A stretch of DNA of 64,000 bases from Malacoraja senta (taxonomy: Eukaryota), in NCBI GenBank assembly GCA_038087875.1, contig CM075987.1:20400001-20464000 (forward strand). Direction: 5' to 3'. The position numbers and the translations under genes were made by a program. The notes under the pieces are model-generated. The model made no database searches and was not told where the DNA came from. It worked only from the letters and a program-made list of their open reading frames with translations. Below, piece by piece: positions 1 through 13,086 of this stretch. Each line of letters begins with the position of its first letter. The stretch's first letter is position 1.

Positions 1-1191
1 TCCCGGTTCTGTATGCTTTCCCAGGATTTTGTCCATATCACTTGTTCTGATCAACATTTCTCTCTTTCTCTGTTTAAAATGATGAAAGGATTAAGGTAAA
101 TATGGAGAATCTCTTTGTCTCTGAGAATTAAATACGGGGAAACAATCATAACATTCGTAGATTAAACCACTCAGAAGCGAAATCTGAAAGCACCTTTCAT
201 GGAAAGAGTAGAATGCTTTCTTCAAAAAGAAAGTGTGGCCCCTGTAGCTTCCAAGAAGGAGATCTAGAATTAGAGGAACTGGAAGGCATACGGCTATTCC
301 AAAAGCACCATGGATAAACAAAGTTTCCCGTCCTCTCCATCCCACCAGCCAAACCCCAAGTGCCCCACCTAAGACACAAGACCCAGTTGCTCCCAAATGT
401 AACCAGACATATCCCAATTTGAATACCTCACGCCGTGAAGTTTCACCCAACTCCTTGTTGACTAACAAATACCAAAGAGCCGATAACGTCCCACGGGTTA
501 AAGCTGCCCTGTTATTATAGCTGCTAGTTCTCCTGTGGTTAGAAAATTGATATCAACATAATAAAGCCACAGGCTTTTAATCTCTGGAGAAATACAAGGG
601 TGTTCTAAACCAGATTACATTCTAGAGTGCTAACTCGCATCACCAGGCTAATATTGATGAATAAATATTTACTAGACAAGTTGAAAGAAATGGGAGCAAA
701 TTATTCAGTCTCTCAAGACTTTTCCTGCATTGAATTAGATCATAGCTGATCTGTGCCTCAATTTCATTTACTTGCTTTGCTTTTATACTCCCTTGATGCT
801 CATATCTGAAAAAAAAATTAGCGACTGTAAATTGTATAAAAACCTTAATTTCACTGTATGGATATAGAGATTTGATGGAAGGTCAAGATCATGAAGGATT
901 TTGATCAAATTGTAGATTAAACTCATTGCCTAAGAACGTAGAGGGAGCACATTCAATCGGGAGTCTCCAAAGGAAAGTAAATAAATGGCTGTGGTTCCAA
1001 ATTTGCCCTCGACTGTTTTACAAAGCTGTGAAAATAATGGGAACATTTAAATAATTCAGTATCTTGTTTAAAAGGGCTGGCAAATGAGCTGTTGGGGTTT
1101 CCTCTGGGTGCACAAAGTTTCCTCCACATTCCAAAGAAGTGTAAAGAGATGACTCTGAGCACTCCAGAAAACATCCTGGGATTAGCTTTCT

Positions 1192-1569
1192 TTTTTTTTC
1201 TTCTTTTTTTAAAAATATTTTTATTTTATTAGAAGTAAGTACAATTGTGTACAATCATATTTTCACAATACATTTTATGTACAGCTTCCTATTTTTTTAA
1301 TTTTTATAATAAAGAAGAAAAAGAAGTTAGATAATGAAAAATAGAAAAATGTGAGATATATAGTGTGTGGAAAAGAAAAATAGAGAGTGAAAGAAGAAAG
1401 TTAAAGAATAGAAAATAGGAAAAAGAGAATAAAAGAAGAAAACGGAAGAAAAGGAAAAAAGAAGTAAGGAGATCTTATTTATAATCTTGACCATCCCTCG
1501 CCCAGTCACGAGTTAGCTTCTACAATTGTGTTGCACCATATGATTCCAAAAAGCCGACAAATGGAGACC
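1192..1569 (-). mobile_element. 5'-truncated L1-type LINE 3' end
   Basis: 14-bp TSD GGGATTAGCTTTCT at 1178-1191 and 1570-1583; poly-T tail on the + strand. Minus strand begins with an ORF2-end-like SPFVGFLESY; target site resembles the L1 TT/AAAA consensus. Confidence 0.75.
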
Positions 1570-1594
1570 GGGGATTAGCTTTCTAACAGTGAAA

Positions 1595-2080
1595 AATACA
1601 GCACAGGGAAAGGCCTTTTGGCCCACAATGCATGTGCTCAACATGATACCAAGATGAACCAATCTCATCTGCCTGCACATGATCCACATCCCTCAATTCC
1701 CTGCACATCCATCTGCCTATTTCAAAGCCTCATAAATGCCATCATTGTATGTGCCTCCACCACCACCCCAGCAGTGTATTCCAGGCACACACCACCCACC
1801 GTGTAAAACAACTTGCACTAACATCTCCTTTAAACTTTTTCCCTACTCGCCTTAAAGCCATGCCTCATAGTCTATAACATTTCTACCCTAGGTTAAAGGT
1901 TCTGATGTCTACCTATTTATGCCTCTCATAATTTTATATACTTCTAGCAGGTCTCAAACGTTCTGGAGGAAACAATCCAAGTTTTTCCAACCTCTCCTTG
2001 TAGCTAATTCAGGCAGCATTCTGGTAAACCCCATTCTGCACCCTCTCCAAAACCTCTGCATGCTTCATGTAATCACCAGA
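1595..2080 (-). mobile_element. CR1-like LINE 3' fragment (degraded)
   Basis: Reverse complement of the CR1 ORF2 end and 3' UTR (ggcctttggcccacaatg...ccctctcca). Similar copies at about 33490-33731 and 54680-55217. Confidence 0.65.
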
Positions 2081-2541
2081 TCTAGATATTGCAGCAAACT
2101 AGATCCTCTTCAATCAACGACACGGTGCGTTGTTTGAAGAGCCAATGGTTGTGTAGGTAGGAGCCACACTTGTCCCTGACTCTGACGGTGCCATTATTGA
2201 GCCACCCTGTACTGTCAGATAACACGTCTGGCCTCTCAGTGAATATAAAATATCCCCTGGCCTGTCTCCTGAATAAACGCAGAGGAGTTCTCTTGGCCAT
2301 CCTTAATCTCACTGCAAACATTACTTACACAGTTTCTCTTGTCTGTGGGTTTATGCCAATTGGAAATTGGCTGCTGTGTATCAAACATTACAACAACGAC
2401 AATGCTGCAGAATAACCTCCATTGGTTGCTAGAAGCTTTCAGACATCTTGAGGTTGTGAAAGGCATTGAATGAGTCCATGTTTTGTCTTTTCATTTAATA
2501 TTTGCATTGATTGGTTGCAATATGACTTTCTCCTTCTCCAG

Positions 2542-2592
2542 GGCTTACTGAATGAACCAGACTTCAGTGCTGTGCTAACTCAGGTGCACGAG
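2542..2592 (+). CDS. PIP5KL1: PIP5KL1 internal coding exon (GLLNEPDFSAVLTQVHE); upstream exons lie outside the window
   Basis: Acceptor ttctccttctccag (AG 2540-2541), donor GTAGGT at 2593. 51 nt, phase 0/0. Resembles the human PIP5KL1 segment DFSEVLTQVHE as recalled. Confidence 0.9.
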
Positions 2593-2679
2593 GTAGGTTC
2601 CTGCACTTTGCTTTCTTTAACAGTAGGCAAATGTAATACTGTACTCTGTTCATTCAGAACTATTGGGAGAATAGAATTT

Positions 2680-2957
2680 AGGGCGGCACAGTGGTGTAGC
2701 GATGGAGCCTGACAGCACCAGAGACCCGGGTTCAAGGCTATCTTTTCGGAGTTTGCATGTTTTTCCTGTGACCGTGTGGGTTTTCTCCGGATGCTCCGAT
2801 TTGCTCCCACATTCCATAGATGTATGGGTTTGAAGGTAAAGTGGCTTCTGTTAAATGTAGATTGTCCCTAGTGTGTACGGTAGTTCTAGTGTATGGGTTG
2901 ATCACTGGTCAGTGCGGACTCGGTGGGCCGAAGGGCCTGTTTCCACACTGTATCTTT
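2680..2957 (+). mobile_element. tRNA-derived SINE
   Basis: A-box-like tggtgtagcgatgg and B-box-like gggttcaaggc; conserved body (gtgggttttctccggatgctccg); CR1-type tail gggccgaagggcctgtttccac. Confidence 0.75.
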
Positions 2958-3291
2958 AAAAGTCTTTTTAAAAGCTAGAAATGTCTTTCATATCAAAAAT
3001 TCAACTCTCACTGCTCCTCCCCATCGCTCCTGAGACATAACTGCTTTCCATTTTACTGCCTTTGTCTGGAGAGCTCACTGCAGTTTATGAAAATAATACC
3101 AATGTCTAGTTTGCTGGTTTCAGTATTAAATTAGCCAAGACATCTTGCCGTGTAATGGTGTTTTATTAGAGCTGTTTATTTGTGCAGTAGGCGAGCCATC
3201 AGTCTGCATTTGCATTCTGCAAGATTTGTGAAATGTTTGTCTGTGATGAGTATTAACAGGCGGCACATTTTCCTTCTGTTGTCTGCGCCAG

Positions 3292-3446
3292 GGCTTTGAG
3301 ATGAAGACATTTGCGGGACCTGTATTTGCACAGTTCCGAAGAATGCTGGGAATGAGTGAGAATGACTACCAGCAGTCTCTCAGCTCCGAGGGATTCTACC
3401 TACAATTCATCAGCAACTCCAAGAGCAAAGCTAACTTCTTCTTAAC
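3292..3446 (+). CDS. PIP5KL1: PIP5KL1 coding exon (GFEMKTFAGPVFAQFRRMLGMSENDYQQSLSSEGFYLQFISNSKSKANFFL)
   Basis: Acceptor tctgcgccag, donor GTGAGT at 3447. 155 nt, phase 0/2, open frame. PIPK N-lobe with SKSKAxFFL loop. Confidence 0.95.
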
Positions 3447-3914
3447 GTGAGTGAGATCATCATCGGCAGGGAACCGGTCAATAAGTGTTGAAGCAACTCT
3501 GCCGCGATGGCTCCATCTGCAGCAAAAGACAGTGATTACTCCTGGGGTAGATGGGTATACTGTTGGCCCAGGAGTGGCAAGCATCTATACCATCCTTACC
3601 CACAACCCCCTCTCCATCTATTCTTCACTTTCATCCTCCCCGTCCTTGCCACCCTCTCATCTCTATTCCATCTCCATTCCTAACTCCCTGTCTGACCCCC
3701 CCCCCCAACCCATTCCATCCCCCCATTCTTCTTCTCTATCACCATCTCTCTTCCCTTTCAATAATCTCCCTCGTGGCATGCCATGAGCTTATCCTTTCTC
3801 CCCCATCTCCACTCCTGACCCCCTTTATTCCCTTGGCATACCTTGGTATGAAAGTGATGATGATTGAAAGGCTAGGGTGGGGGGAACCACTTAATCCATT
3901 TTTATTTGACACAG

Positions 3915-4039
3915 GAATGACAAGAGGATTTTCTTGAAAACACAGGAAAAGAGAGAGATACAGTTTCTTCTGTCAAACCTCCGGTCCTACATGCAGCACA
4001 TGGAGAGGTACCCACACTCCCTGCTTGTAAAGTTTCTCG
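3915..4039 (+). CDS. PIP5KL1: PIP5KL1 coding exon (T-NDKRIFLKTQEKREIQFLLSNLRSYMQHMERYPHSLLVKFL-G)
   Basis: Acceptor tttgacacag, donor GTAAGT at 4040. 125 nt, phase 2/1. Contains the FLKT lysine and PHSLL motif; overlaps ORF 3934..4245. Confidence 0.95.
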
Positions 4040-5427
4040 GTAAGTGGCAGGAGGAAGATTTCAGGGCTAAACATTTTAATAAAAGTCCTCCTACAGGGGC
4101 TGTCGAGGGGGTGTGTTTGACTGAAAGATACAGACTGGGAGATCCAACCTGCAACTCCAGCCTATATTACGTGATCTCAGTTAGGATGGACCCTGTCGGA
4201 TTGGAAGAGTCTACCTGCTCTCCAATTCTGAGTGTTGCGCACTAAACCACAATTTTATGAATGTAGCAAAGATAGAGGCTTCGTAAACCAACTAATCCAA
4301 GGTGGTGTTTCAGCCCCAAGTAAGCTGCCCACCTCAACCATTTACAATTTTCCCAAACAGCATCTCTACGTCCTCCTCTCTCTCGAGTATTGACGTCTCC
4401 TTAAATCAATCTAGGCTATTCATTCAGGACATGATGGCACTGACAACTCCAACATTCATAGCCAACAAGATGACTCCTTCTTACTCAGTCGCAAACCGGG
4501 CATTGAAAGTAGCTGTTAGATGGAGACTTCCAAGATTTGAATCCAGAGATGTGTGTAATCGAAGCTTGCTGTATTTCCAGGAGGTGTCATTCAGAGGGGT
4601 GGGAGCATCAGGGCCTGGTGGGTTGGGGGGTGGGAGCAACATCTGAATATTGTCGTTCCAATGTGCCTTTTGCCCTTGTCCTTCTTGGAGTTGGAGATTA
4701 TCGGGGACTGTTGGATCTTATTAGTCTTGGTTGCAGCCCACCTAGGAGAAGTTAAAATCTATAAATAAGGCCACAAGTATCTTAAACAGTGTTTCAAGAA
4801 TCACATCTATGTGGGACCTTAATTAATACCTATGCTAGAACACAATGTCAGATTTAAAAAATGTATATAATTAGGCATACCTCTGACTTCTCCGTATCAT
4901 CCAACATTAATATATTTATTTATTCTCCATGCCACCATTCACTTGAACTCCGTTAAATACTTTTTCCTGTGTAGATTTGCACTAGGTCCTATTCTGACTT
5001 GCAGCAATCCCTCACTTGGTTGCATCCATCTATTTCCCTAAAGTCTGGTCCAGGCCCACAACAAACCGCAGTTGTACGATGCGTAAGGGAAACTGGTACC
5101 AATCATTTCATGCCGAGGACATTAGACTTAGACTTAGATTCCTTTATTGTCATTCAGACCTTTCGGTCTGAACGAAATTTCGTTGCCTGCAGTCATACAT
5201 ATAATAAATAACAAAACACACAATAAACACAAATTAACATCCACCACAGTGAGTTCACCAGGCACCTCCTCACTGTGATGGAGGCAAAAGTCTTAAAGTC
5301 TCTGTCTCTTCCCTCTTTGTTCTCCCTCTGCATCACTGCAGGAGTCCCTCAGGGTTGCGGTCTGATTTGAACCACCTTCAGCTTCTTCATCAATGACTTG
5401 CTTCAGTCATTGCCTCAGATGTGGGGG

Positions 5428-6298
5428 ATAGACACCAAAAGCTGGAGTAACTCAGTGGGACAGGCAGCATCTCTGGAGAGAAGGGATCGTGACCCTTCTT
5501 GAGACTCGTCAGGGAAAAGAGAAACGAGAGATATAGACGGTGATGTAGAGAGATATAGAAGAATGAATGAAAGATATGCAAAAAAGTAATGATGATAAAG
5601 GAAACTGGCCATTGTTAGCTGTTTGTTGGGTGTAAACGAGAAGCTGATGTGACTTGGCTGGGGGACGGATAGAGAGGGAATGCCGGGGGTACTTGAAATT
5701 AGATAAATCAATATTCATACCACTGGGCTGTAAGCTGCCCAAGCAAAATATGAGATGCTCCAATTTGCGCTTAGCCTCACTATGACTATTGAGGAGACCT
5801 AGGACAGAAAGGTTTGTGTGGGAATGCGAAGGAGAATTAAAGTGTTTAGCAACCGGGAGATCAGGTAGATCCAGGTGGACTGAGCGAAGGTGTTAAGTGA
5901 AACGATCGCCCAGTCTACGTTTGGTTTCGCCGATGTCCGAGTCCACATCTTGAACAACCGATACAGTAAATGAGGTTGGAGGAGGTGCAAGTGAACCTCT
6001 GCCTAACCTGAAAGGACTGTCGGGGTCCCTGGACAGAGTCTAGGGAGGAGGTATAGGGACAGGTGTTGCATCTTCTGTGGTTGCAGGGGAAGGTAACTGG
6101 GGATGGGGTGGTCTGGGTGAGAAGGGATGAGTTAACCAGGGAGTTGCAGAGGGAACGGTCTCTGCGGAAGGCAGAAAGGTTTGGAGATGAGAAGATGTGA
6201 CTAGTGGTGGGATCCCGTTGGAGGTAGCGAAAATGTCAGAGGAGTCTGCGATCGCTGATTGGGTGAAAGGTAAGGACTAGGGGAACTCTGTCTCTGTT
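5428..6298 (-). mobile_element. Penelope-like element fragment (GIY-YIG endonuclease region plus 3' terminal repeat), decayed
   Basis: Reverse strand translates NRDRVPLVLTFHP... and a GETKRRLGDRF segment, homologous to ORF 63071..63637 but with disruptions. Confidence 0.85.
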
Positions 6299-7022
6299 AA
6301 CATAAATGGCTATAAGTGCAGATCTGTGGCTGGGCACAATGCAGCAAGTGACATAGCCCCTGATTCCCGAAAGTCTTGTGCTATCAAAAAGTCCAAAGTG
6401 GTTTGTAAGTAAACTTTTTTACATGAGTGGCTTGGATCTGGAAGATATAAATGTAAGCTGTTGTATGTTTTGGAGATGCATTTTATCTTTTATTATTACA
6501 TACCTAGAGACACAGCAACAGCTGAGGGAGGGAGTTATTTTTGCAATTGGCCCATGAGGGTTTAACTCCTGTTGCTTGAACCCTGGGTGAGCGACACATC
6601 TATTTACTTGTTCTTGAATAATGTCACGGGGCGCCCATTGTATTCTTAACAACTAACCAATACCCCAGGGAGATCGTAGTGTTGTTGCACCTTCTGTCTC
6701 AAGGGAGTATTCCAAATGGTAAACTATGAGGATGTTACTGTTACCATTTATGATGCTATTTGAAGCTCTTATCAGATTACTGCCTGGTAATCAGTCTCTG
6801 GTAGCCATTGTCCTGCATATATTGAACAACAACAGACTCCACAATGAACCATTGTTGCCAAACAGGGCTGTAATGTGCTCCTGTGAATTGCAAACATTGC
6901 TGAGCTGGTGTCACAGTCAGTAACATTCAGCTGTTTCAGATCTCGCTCTCCTTAAAAGATGTGTATGCTCAACAGGTCCCCAGCAACCCATTAGGCACCT
7001 GACTGACATGATCCTTCTTCCA

Positions 7023-7185
7023 AAGATAGACACAAAAAGCTGGAGTAACTCAGCGGGACAGGCAGCATTTCTGTCCCGAAACGTCACCCATTCCTTCTCT
7101 CCAGAGATGCTGCCTGTCCTGCTAAGTTACTCCAGCTTTTTGTGTCTATCTTCGGTTTAAACCAGCATCTGCAGTTGCTTCCTAC
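7023..7185. mobile_element. Fold-back (inverted) Penelope terminal-repeat mini-element
   Basis: 17-bp TSD ACATGATCCTTCTTCCA at 7006-7022 and 7186-7202; about 50-bp inverted arms (aagatagacacaaaaagctggagtaac... / ...gttactccagctttttgtgtctatctt). Confidence 0.8.
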
Positions 7186-8911
7186 ACATGATCCTTCTTC
7201 CATATCCATCGCCACTGCTCTGCACTTGGGACCACTGATTGGCTGCAAGCCTCATTGATTTATTTTTCAAAAATAAACTTTATTCAAAATAAGCAATAAC
7301 TATGCAAGAACTCTTCATGTATTATCAATGCCTAAACATTCAATAGTGTCTTACTCAGTAGTGTTTCCACCTATTTTTAAACAAAACACCCGTGCCATTT
7401 TATGGCCCCATGGGGCGATATCCCTTTCCTTGTCTGACGGGTGTCCTCACTGGCCTCTGCCCCGGATTCATTTTCAATACTAATCTTTATTCAGAATATA
7501 AATATCTACCAAACAAAAATGATGCAACAAAAACTCTTCATACATTTCAAGTGTCTTTACTTTCATTAGTGTCACACTCAGTAGTGTTCGCACCTAATGT
7601 CCATTGGCGGGACTCTGCCCCTGATGCCCCATTCCAAAAATGCTGGAGGGCAGATGTGGAGGGCAGTGGTGCCATATTGTGGCTTTTTGTGGCCACCTAA
7701 TGTCACTCTACAGGATGGTAGAGTGTGACACTCTTTACTTCCAAGTGCCCACCGTTGTCAGCTGCAAAGAGCAGATACCACTCAGAGGGAGGTGGCGGTA
7801 TCTTTGTTCTGAGGCCAGTTTTCGTGCATAGATTTAAAATGTTGTTTGGCGTATCCAATCTCTCCTGGTGTTCTTTACAAGCCATAGTTCTAATTGGATG
7901 TACCATCTATCTGCCCCTCCTGATGGTTTTTGAATGTTGTCATGATACTAACTCTCACTGTACGAGCCTGAATCGCTCAATCGTTTGTGTTCAAAGTATT
8001 TCCTTTGCTCTCTTGCGTGTAATCATATTTCAGCGTTTTTTTGTAGCATTCGTCATTTAAGGATCTGGTTTTAATTCATTGTGAATCCTGAAATTGCACT
8101 TCTCTTTGTCATCTTCCAATTTAATTTTATAAACCTGAAAATGCTGAGAGCAGCTTGTGTCAAAATTCAACCACCTTTCATTTTACTTGGCCTCCAAAAT
8201 TAATTTCATTGCTAACCACAAAGAAATTGTAGACAACAATGCATAGTCCCAGATAAGGAGACACCGAGAGCTGGAGTAACTCAGCAGGTTAGGCAGCATC
8301 TCAGGAGAACATGGATAGGAGACATTTTGGGTCGGAAGCCCCGAATATTGGCAATCTAACTCAACAAGCTGGCAGAAGGGACCAAATGACACAATCCCAA
8401 GTCCCCGATTGTAAATATTAATACATTGCTGGGGGCCACTGCAAATGCTAACACTTTCCCTGGAGACCCCTCTAACACTCATGGAGATCCTTTGTAAATT
8501 CTGCCTCTCTCCCTAAGGAACCCTATAAATATGTGTGCATTCCTGGGAGATGCCTATACTTACAGTATGTTCCCCAGGGACTCCCAGTAATACCAACACT
8601 CACCTGGGGACAAACTGGGAACATGGAAAGGTCTGTGAGACCTCCATGCAAATATAGACATCATCCTTGGAAGCCCCTTCATTACACCACAACCAAATAG
8701 AGAATTGTGCTTTAGGTACCACAATGTAGCTTCTATTTATAACAAAAAAACAAAAATAATGCACACATTTGGAAAAAAAAGTAATATAATTTTGGTTCAC
8801 TTAATTCAGCTTTTTATATATTTTATTATGTTTTGAGTCTGTGGTCCTTGTTCTGATTAATTATTTGAAGCTGTCTGCTCATGGTCACATATTCCCCTTC
8901 TTTACTTGCAG

Positions 8912-8946
8912 GTGTGCACAGTATAAAGATACCACATGAGGGGAAG
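8912..8946 (+). CDS. PIP5KL1: PIP5KL1 short coding exon (G-VHSIKIPHEGK)
   Basis: Acceptor cttctttacttgcag, donor GTGAGC at 8947. 35 nt, phase 1/0, bridging its neighbours exactly. Resembles human GVHSLRV...GK. Confidence 0.9.
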
Positions 8947-9380
8947 GTGAGCCAGTGCTTGCATTCGCTACAGTGTACAATTGGAAAGGGCTTAACCCAA
9001 ACTATTGCTACCCTCAGGTACTTGCCTCAACAGTGATAGGTGGCTACAGGTGAGGGGGAAGGATGACTGGAAGATAGGTGGACTAAGTGACAAAGACTAG
9101 GGGTGATAAGGAGACAAAAGGGTGGCGGTGAAAAGAACTATTGGGGAAGTAGTGTAGTCTTCACATGTAAGGGAGGATGCAGTTCTGGATTTAATTTTAG
9201 CGATGGAATCTGCTGTAGGTGGAAGGATATTATCAGTGAGAGAACATTTGGATGGTGGTTAACACAAGCCTGCTAGGTTTACCATAATGTATGGGAAGGA
9301 ATGCTGGTTTAAACCGAAGATCAACACAAAAAGCTGGAGCAACTCAGTGGGACAGGCAGCATCTCTGGAGAGAAGGAATG

Positions 9381-9414
9381 GGTGACGTTTCGGGTCGAGA
9401 CCCTTCTTCAGACC
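9381..9414 (-). ncRNA. Minimal type-I hammerhead-ribozyme-like motif in a Penelope-derived repeat
   Basis: Minus strand reads GGU-CUGAAGA-A-GGGU(CUCG)ACCC-GAAAC-GUC-ACC: CUGANGA and GAAA core, stem II hairpin, GUC site, GGU/ACC stem I. Confidence 0.6.
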
Positions 9415-10536
9415 ATAATAATGAAAGAGGACAGATATGCACCATCAGTAAAGGTTCTCGCATTGGAAAAAGCTGATTTTAGTAAATGTGATGTGAGGTT
9501 TTTCAAAAATTGACTTAAAAGCTGGCACATGATATTAAATAACTGAGTAATGTATTGCCACAAAAATACACATGACTCCCAAGTCTGGAGTCCCGTAAAA
9601 GACCAGGGCAAACTAAAACTAGCAGGAGGTTAATGATGCAGGAAGCATCTCTGGAATGCCAGAGATTGCGAAGAAACCTGATAAAAGTATATACAATTAT
9701 GAGGGCCATAGATACAAATATATAAAACCAGAAGTTCTGTGGGGCACAACACAGACATTGTGATTAAAGAGTTGGGATGGGAATTGGTTGGGATGAACAT
9801 GCTGAGGGAAAATTCTAAAGAGATTTTGCATTTTTGAAAATGGATACATCAGTAGGCCTGGCTGAAATGGTTCTATTTTTTTGATGGTACACAAAACCAC
9901 TAAAATGATGAAAATTTGATTTTCAATTGTTATTTAATTTTTTGTTTATTAAATGTATTCGTTTATTAAATTAGACGTTGATTGGTCATCAAATCAAAAC
10001 AGAAGAGGGGGGGGAATTATGAAAACATTGCTGCGAAATGTAACTTAATTTTTAATTCATGAACGTGTCTGCCACTATTTGTCTACAAAAAAAACATTGT
10101 TGGCAAGGAGGAGAAGCAGGAGAAAGTCTGGCCAATATTTTCCTATCATTCTTCCTGAGACACTGCAACTATTATATTAAATAGGTGATCAACCTCAAAT
10201 ATGAACTCTGTTTCTCTCCACTGATACCTCCTGACCTACTGAGAAGTTTCATAATTTTCTAGTTTTATTTCAGATTTCCAGCATCTGCTGCATTTATTTT
10301 TGGACTTGTATAAGTGAATGGGTTAAAGTTAATGTCGCCCAGTCAACCTTAAGGTTGCATTGGGTAAATGATTTTTAAAAAATTAGAGCTATCAATATTT
10401 ATTAGAAGGCATGAAAAGATGATGTTTCACTGACGCATACATTTTTCAAGGGAGCAACAATGAGCTTTGATGAAAGTACCCATTTGGCAAAGTCAAAATG
10501 AATTTTAAATGACATCATTTACAAAACAGACAAATT

Positions 10537-11705
10537 AGAGTCAGTGGATGTTATTTACCTAGATTTTCAGAAAGCCTTTGATAAGGTGCCACACGTGAGG
10601 CTGCTAAGGAAGATGAGAGCCCATGGTATCAAAGGGCAAATACTAGCATGGATAGCAGGTTGGCTGGATGGCAGAAGGCAAAGAGAGTGGCAAAAAAGGG
10701 GTATTTTTCTGGTTGGCTGCCCGTGATTAGCGCCGTTCCGCAGGGGTCGGTGCTGGGGCCATTACTCTTCACGTCATATATTAATGATTTGGATGAGGGG
10801 ATTGAAGGCTTTGTGGTCAAGTTTGCAGATGATACGAAAATAAGTGGAGGGGCAGGTAGCATAGAGAAAGCAGGGACTCTTCAGATGGACTTCAGGTTGG
10901 GAGAGTGGCCAGAGAAGTGGCAGATGGAATATAGTGTAGCAAAGTGAGGAATAAAAACGCAGACTATTTTCTAAATGGGAAGAGAATCCAGAAATCCTGC
11001 TGGTGCAGGATTCCCAAAAAGTTAAATTGCAAGTTGAATCGATAGTAAGGAAGACAATCGCAATGCTAGCATTTATTTCAAGAGAGCTAGAATACAAAAA
11101 CAGGGGTGTAATGCTGAGGCTCTATAAGGTACTGGTCAGGCCGCATTTGGAGTATTGTGAGCAATTTTGGGCACCATATCTGAGGAAGGAAGTGCTGGCT
11201 CTGGAGAGGGTCCAGGGGAAGGTTTACAAGAATGATCCCAGGAATGAGTGGGTTGACATATGATGAGCGTTTGACGGCACTGGGCCTGTACTCACTGGAG
11301 TTTAGAGGGATGAGGGGGAACCTCATTGAGACTTACCGAATAGTGAAAGGCTTGGATAGAGTGGATGTGGAGAGGATATTTCCATGTGAGAGAGTCTAGG
11401 ACTAGAGGTCATAGCCTCAGAATTAAAGACTTTCCTTTAGGAAAGAAAAGAGGAGGAATTTCTTTAGTCAGAGGGTGGTGTATCTGTGGAATTCTTTGCA
11501 ACAGAAGGCTGAGGAGGCCAAGTCAATGGATATTCTTACGGCAGAGATAGATAGATTCTTGATTAGTACGGTTGTCCAGGGTTATGGGGAGAAGGTAGGA
11601 GAATGAGGTTAGGAGGGAGAGATAGATCAGCCATGATTGAATGGCGGAGCAAACTTGATGGGTCAAATGGCCTCATTCTGCTCCTATCCCTTATGACCTG
11701 ATGAC
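10537..11705 (+). mobile_element. CR1 LINE fragment (RT domain to 3' UTR), frameshifted
   Basis: ORFs 10544, 10648 and 11003 give VDVIYLDFQKAFDKVPH, VPQGSVLGPLLF, KFADDTK and LVRPHLEYC; CR1 3' tail attctgctcctat. Confidence 0.9.
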
Positions 11706-11894
11706 ACTAAGTTGCGAAAAGAAGGATGATTGGCGTTTATGTAATGCAACTCATGACCATAGTTGGACACAGTCACCACTGTGACATAGAAATGCTTTGG
11801 TCACTTTGCCATAAATTAGCACTGTCCAGCTTTGGCATGTCTCTAAGTCACTTTGCAATAATGTAGCATTCTCCAGCTTTGTCTCTAATGACTT

Positions 11895-12450
11895 TTACAA
11901 ACGTTTACAGATGCACCATAGAGAACACCATAGTTTAGTTTGAGAACAGTTCTGCCCAAGGCCGCAAGAAAGCGCAGAGACTTGTGGATGTAGTCCAGTC
12001 CATCACACAGACCAGACATCCCACCATTGACCACATCTTTGCACTGCCTCAGAAAAGCAGCCAACATAATCAAAGACTTGTCCCACCCCGGTCATTCCTC
12101 CATTCCCTGCTCCTGTCTGGCAGAAGGTACAGAAGCTTGAAAGAGCACTCCATCAGACTCAGGAGCAGCTTCTTTCCCTTCGTTATCAGGCTTCTGAATG
12201 GTCATTCCATAAGCTAGGGTACTTCCAATTCTCCTCTACACCATTGTGGCCATTGTATTTTGTCTATGGAAATGATGCACTGCGATGCTGAGAAATATAT
12301 TGTGCACTCTGCATCTTCCTCTTTGCTCTATCTACGGTACTTGAGTTTGACCAGATTGTATTTATGGATAGTATATCCCATCTGTTTGGATAGCATACAA
12401 AGCAAGGTTTTCACTGTACCTCGCTTCACATGAGAATAATAAATCTAAAC
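11895..12450 (+). mobile_element. Rex/Babar-like LINE 3' fragment
   Basis: Translates as VDVVQSITQT...LLLSGRRYRSLK...RLRSSFFPFVIRLLN, then a 3' UTR ending aataataaatctaaac. Related copies at about 24880-25170 (-), 25320-25760, 34390-34750, 35390-35680 (-) and 61320-61780. Confidence 0.7.
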
Positions 12451-12545
12451 CTCCTGAAGTTGGGATGGGAGCAGGGGAAGAGGCTTTTGTTGCCATTGGC
12501 CCCCAATACTGTAACTTTTTATAACAACATTTCTATTTTTAACAG

Positions 12546-12601
12546 AAGTACTTCATCGTAATGCAGAGTGTGTTTTACCCCGATGAGCGAATACAAGCCC
12601 G
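12546..12601 (+). CDS. PIP5KL1: PIP5KL1 coding exon (KYFIVMQSVFYPDERIQA-R)
   Basis: Acceptor tttttaacag, donor GTATGT at 12602. 56 nt, phase 0/2. YFIVMQSVFYP motif. Confidence 0.95.
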
Positions 12602-12973
12602 GTATGTAGTCACTTTAAGTGTTAATTTACACATAAAATAAGTGAACCTCCACTGACAATTTTTGTTAGGTCTTCAGTCTACATTTTTGTATTGTGTTGG
12701 ACTAATTACTGCTTTTGCCGGTCTGCACATGACCAAGGTAACACCATTCATCTTACAGCCATTCAGACTGTTTCCACGATTCCTCAGGGAAGAGTGAGAG
12801 GAATTGAACGCAACTTTTAGGTGGAATAAAGCTTTGAATGCATTAAGAAGGCATTTGCATTCTTAATGTCCTGAACCACTACATTTCCTCTCACCAACCT
12901 TCTAAACCACTTAGCCCTTGAGTGTGACAGCAATTACTGTTAAACTGTTAACCAACGTTACTGTTTTTCCCAG

Positions 12974-13086
12974 GTATGACGTCAAGGGTTGCCAGGTTAG
13001 TCGCTGGACAGAACCTGTCCCCGAGGGTAGCAACATCATTGTGGTTCTGAAAGACATGAACTTCGAAGGGAGCACGATTGGCCTGG
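12974..13086 (+). CDS. PIP5KL1: PIP5KL1 coding exon ([39 protein letters not shown])
   Basis: Acceptor tttttcccag, donor GTAAAG at 13087. 113 nt, phase 2/1. DxKG and LKDxNF PIP-kinase motifs. Confidence 0.95.

Noticed and set aside
1..590. Possible ancient L1 ORF2 remnant (ORF 91..468)
   Set aside because: Similarity too faint to support by eye; not listed as a feature.
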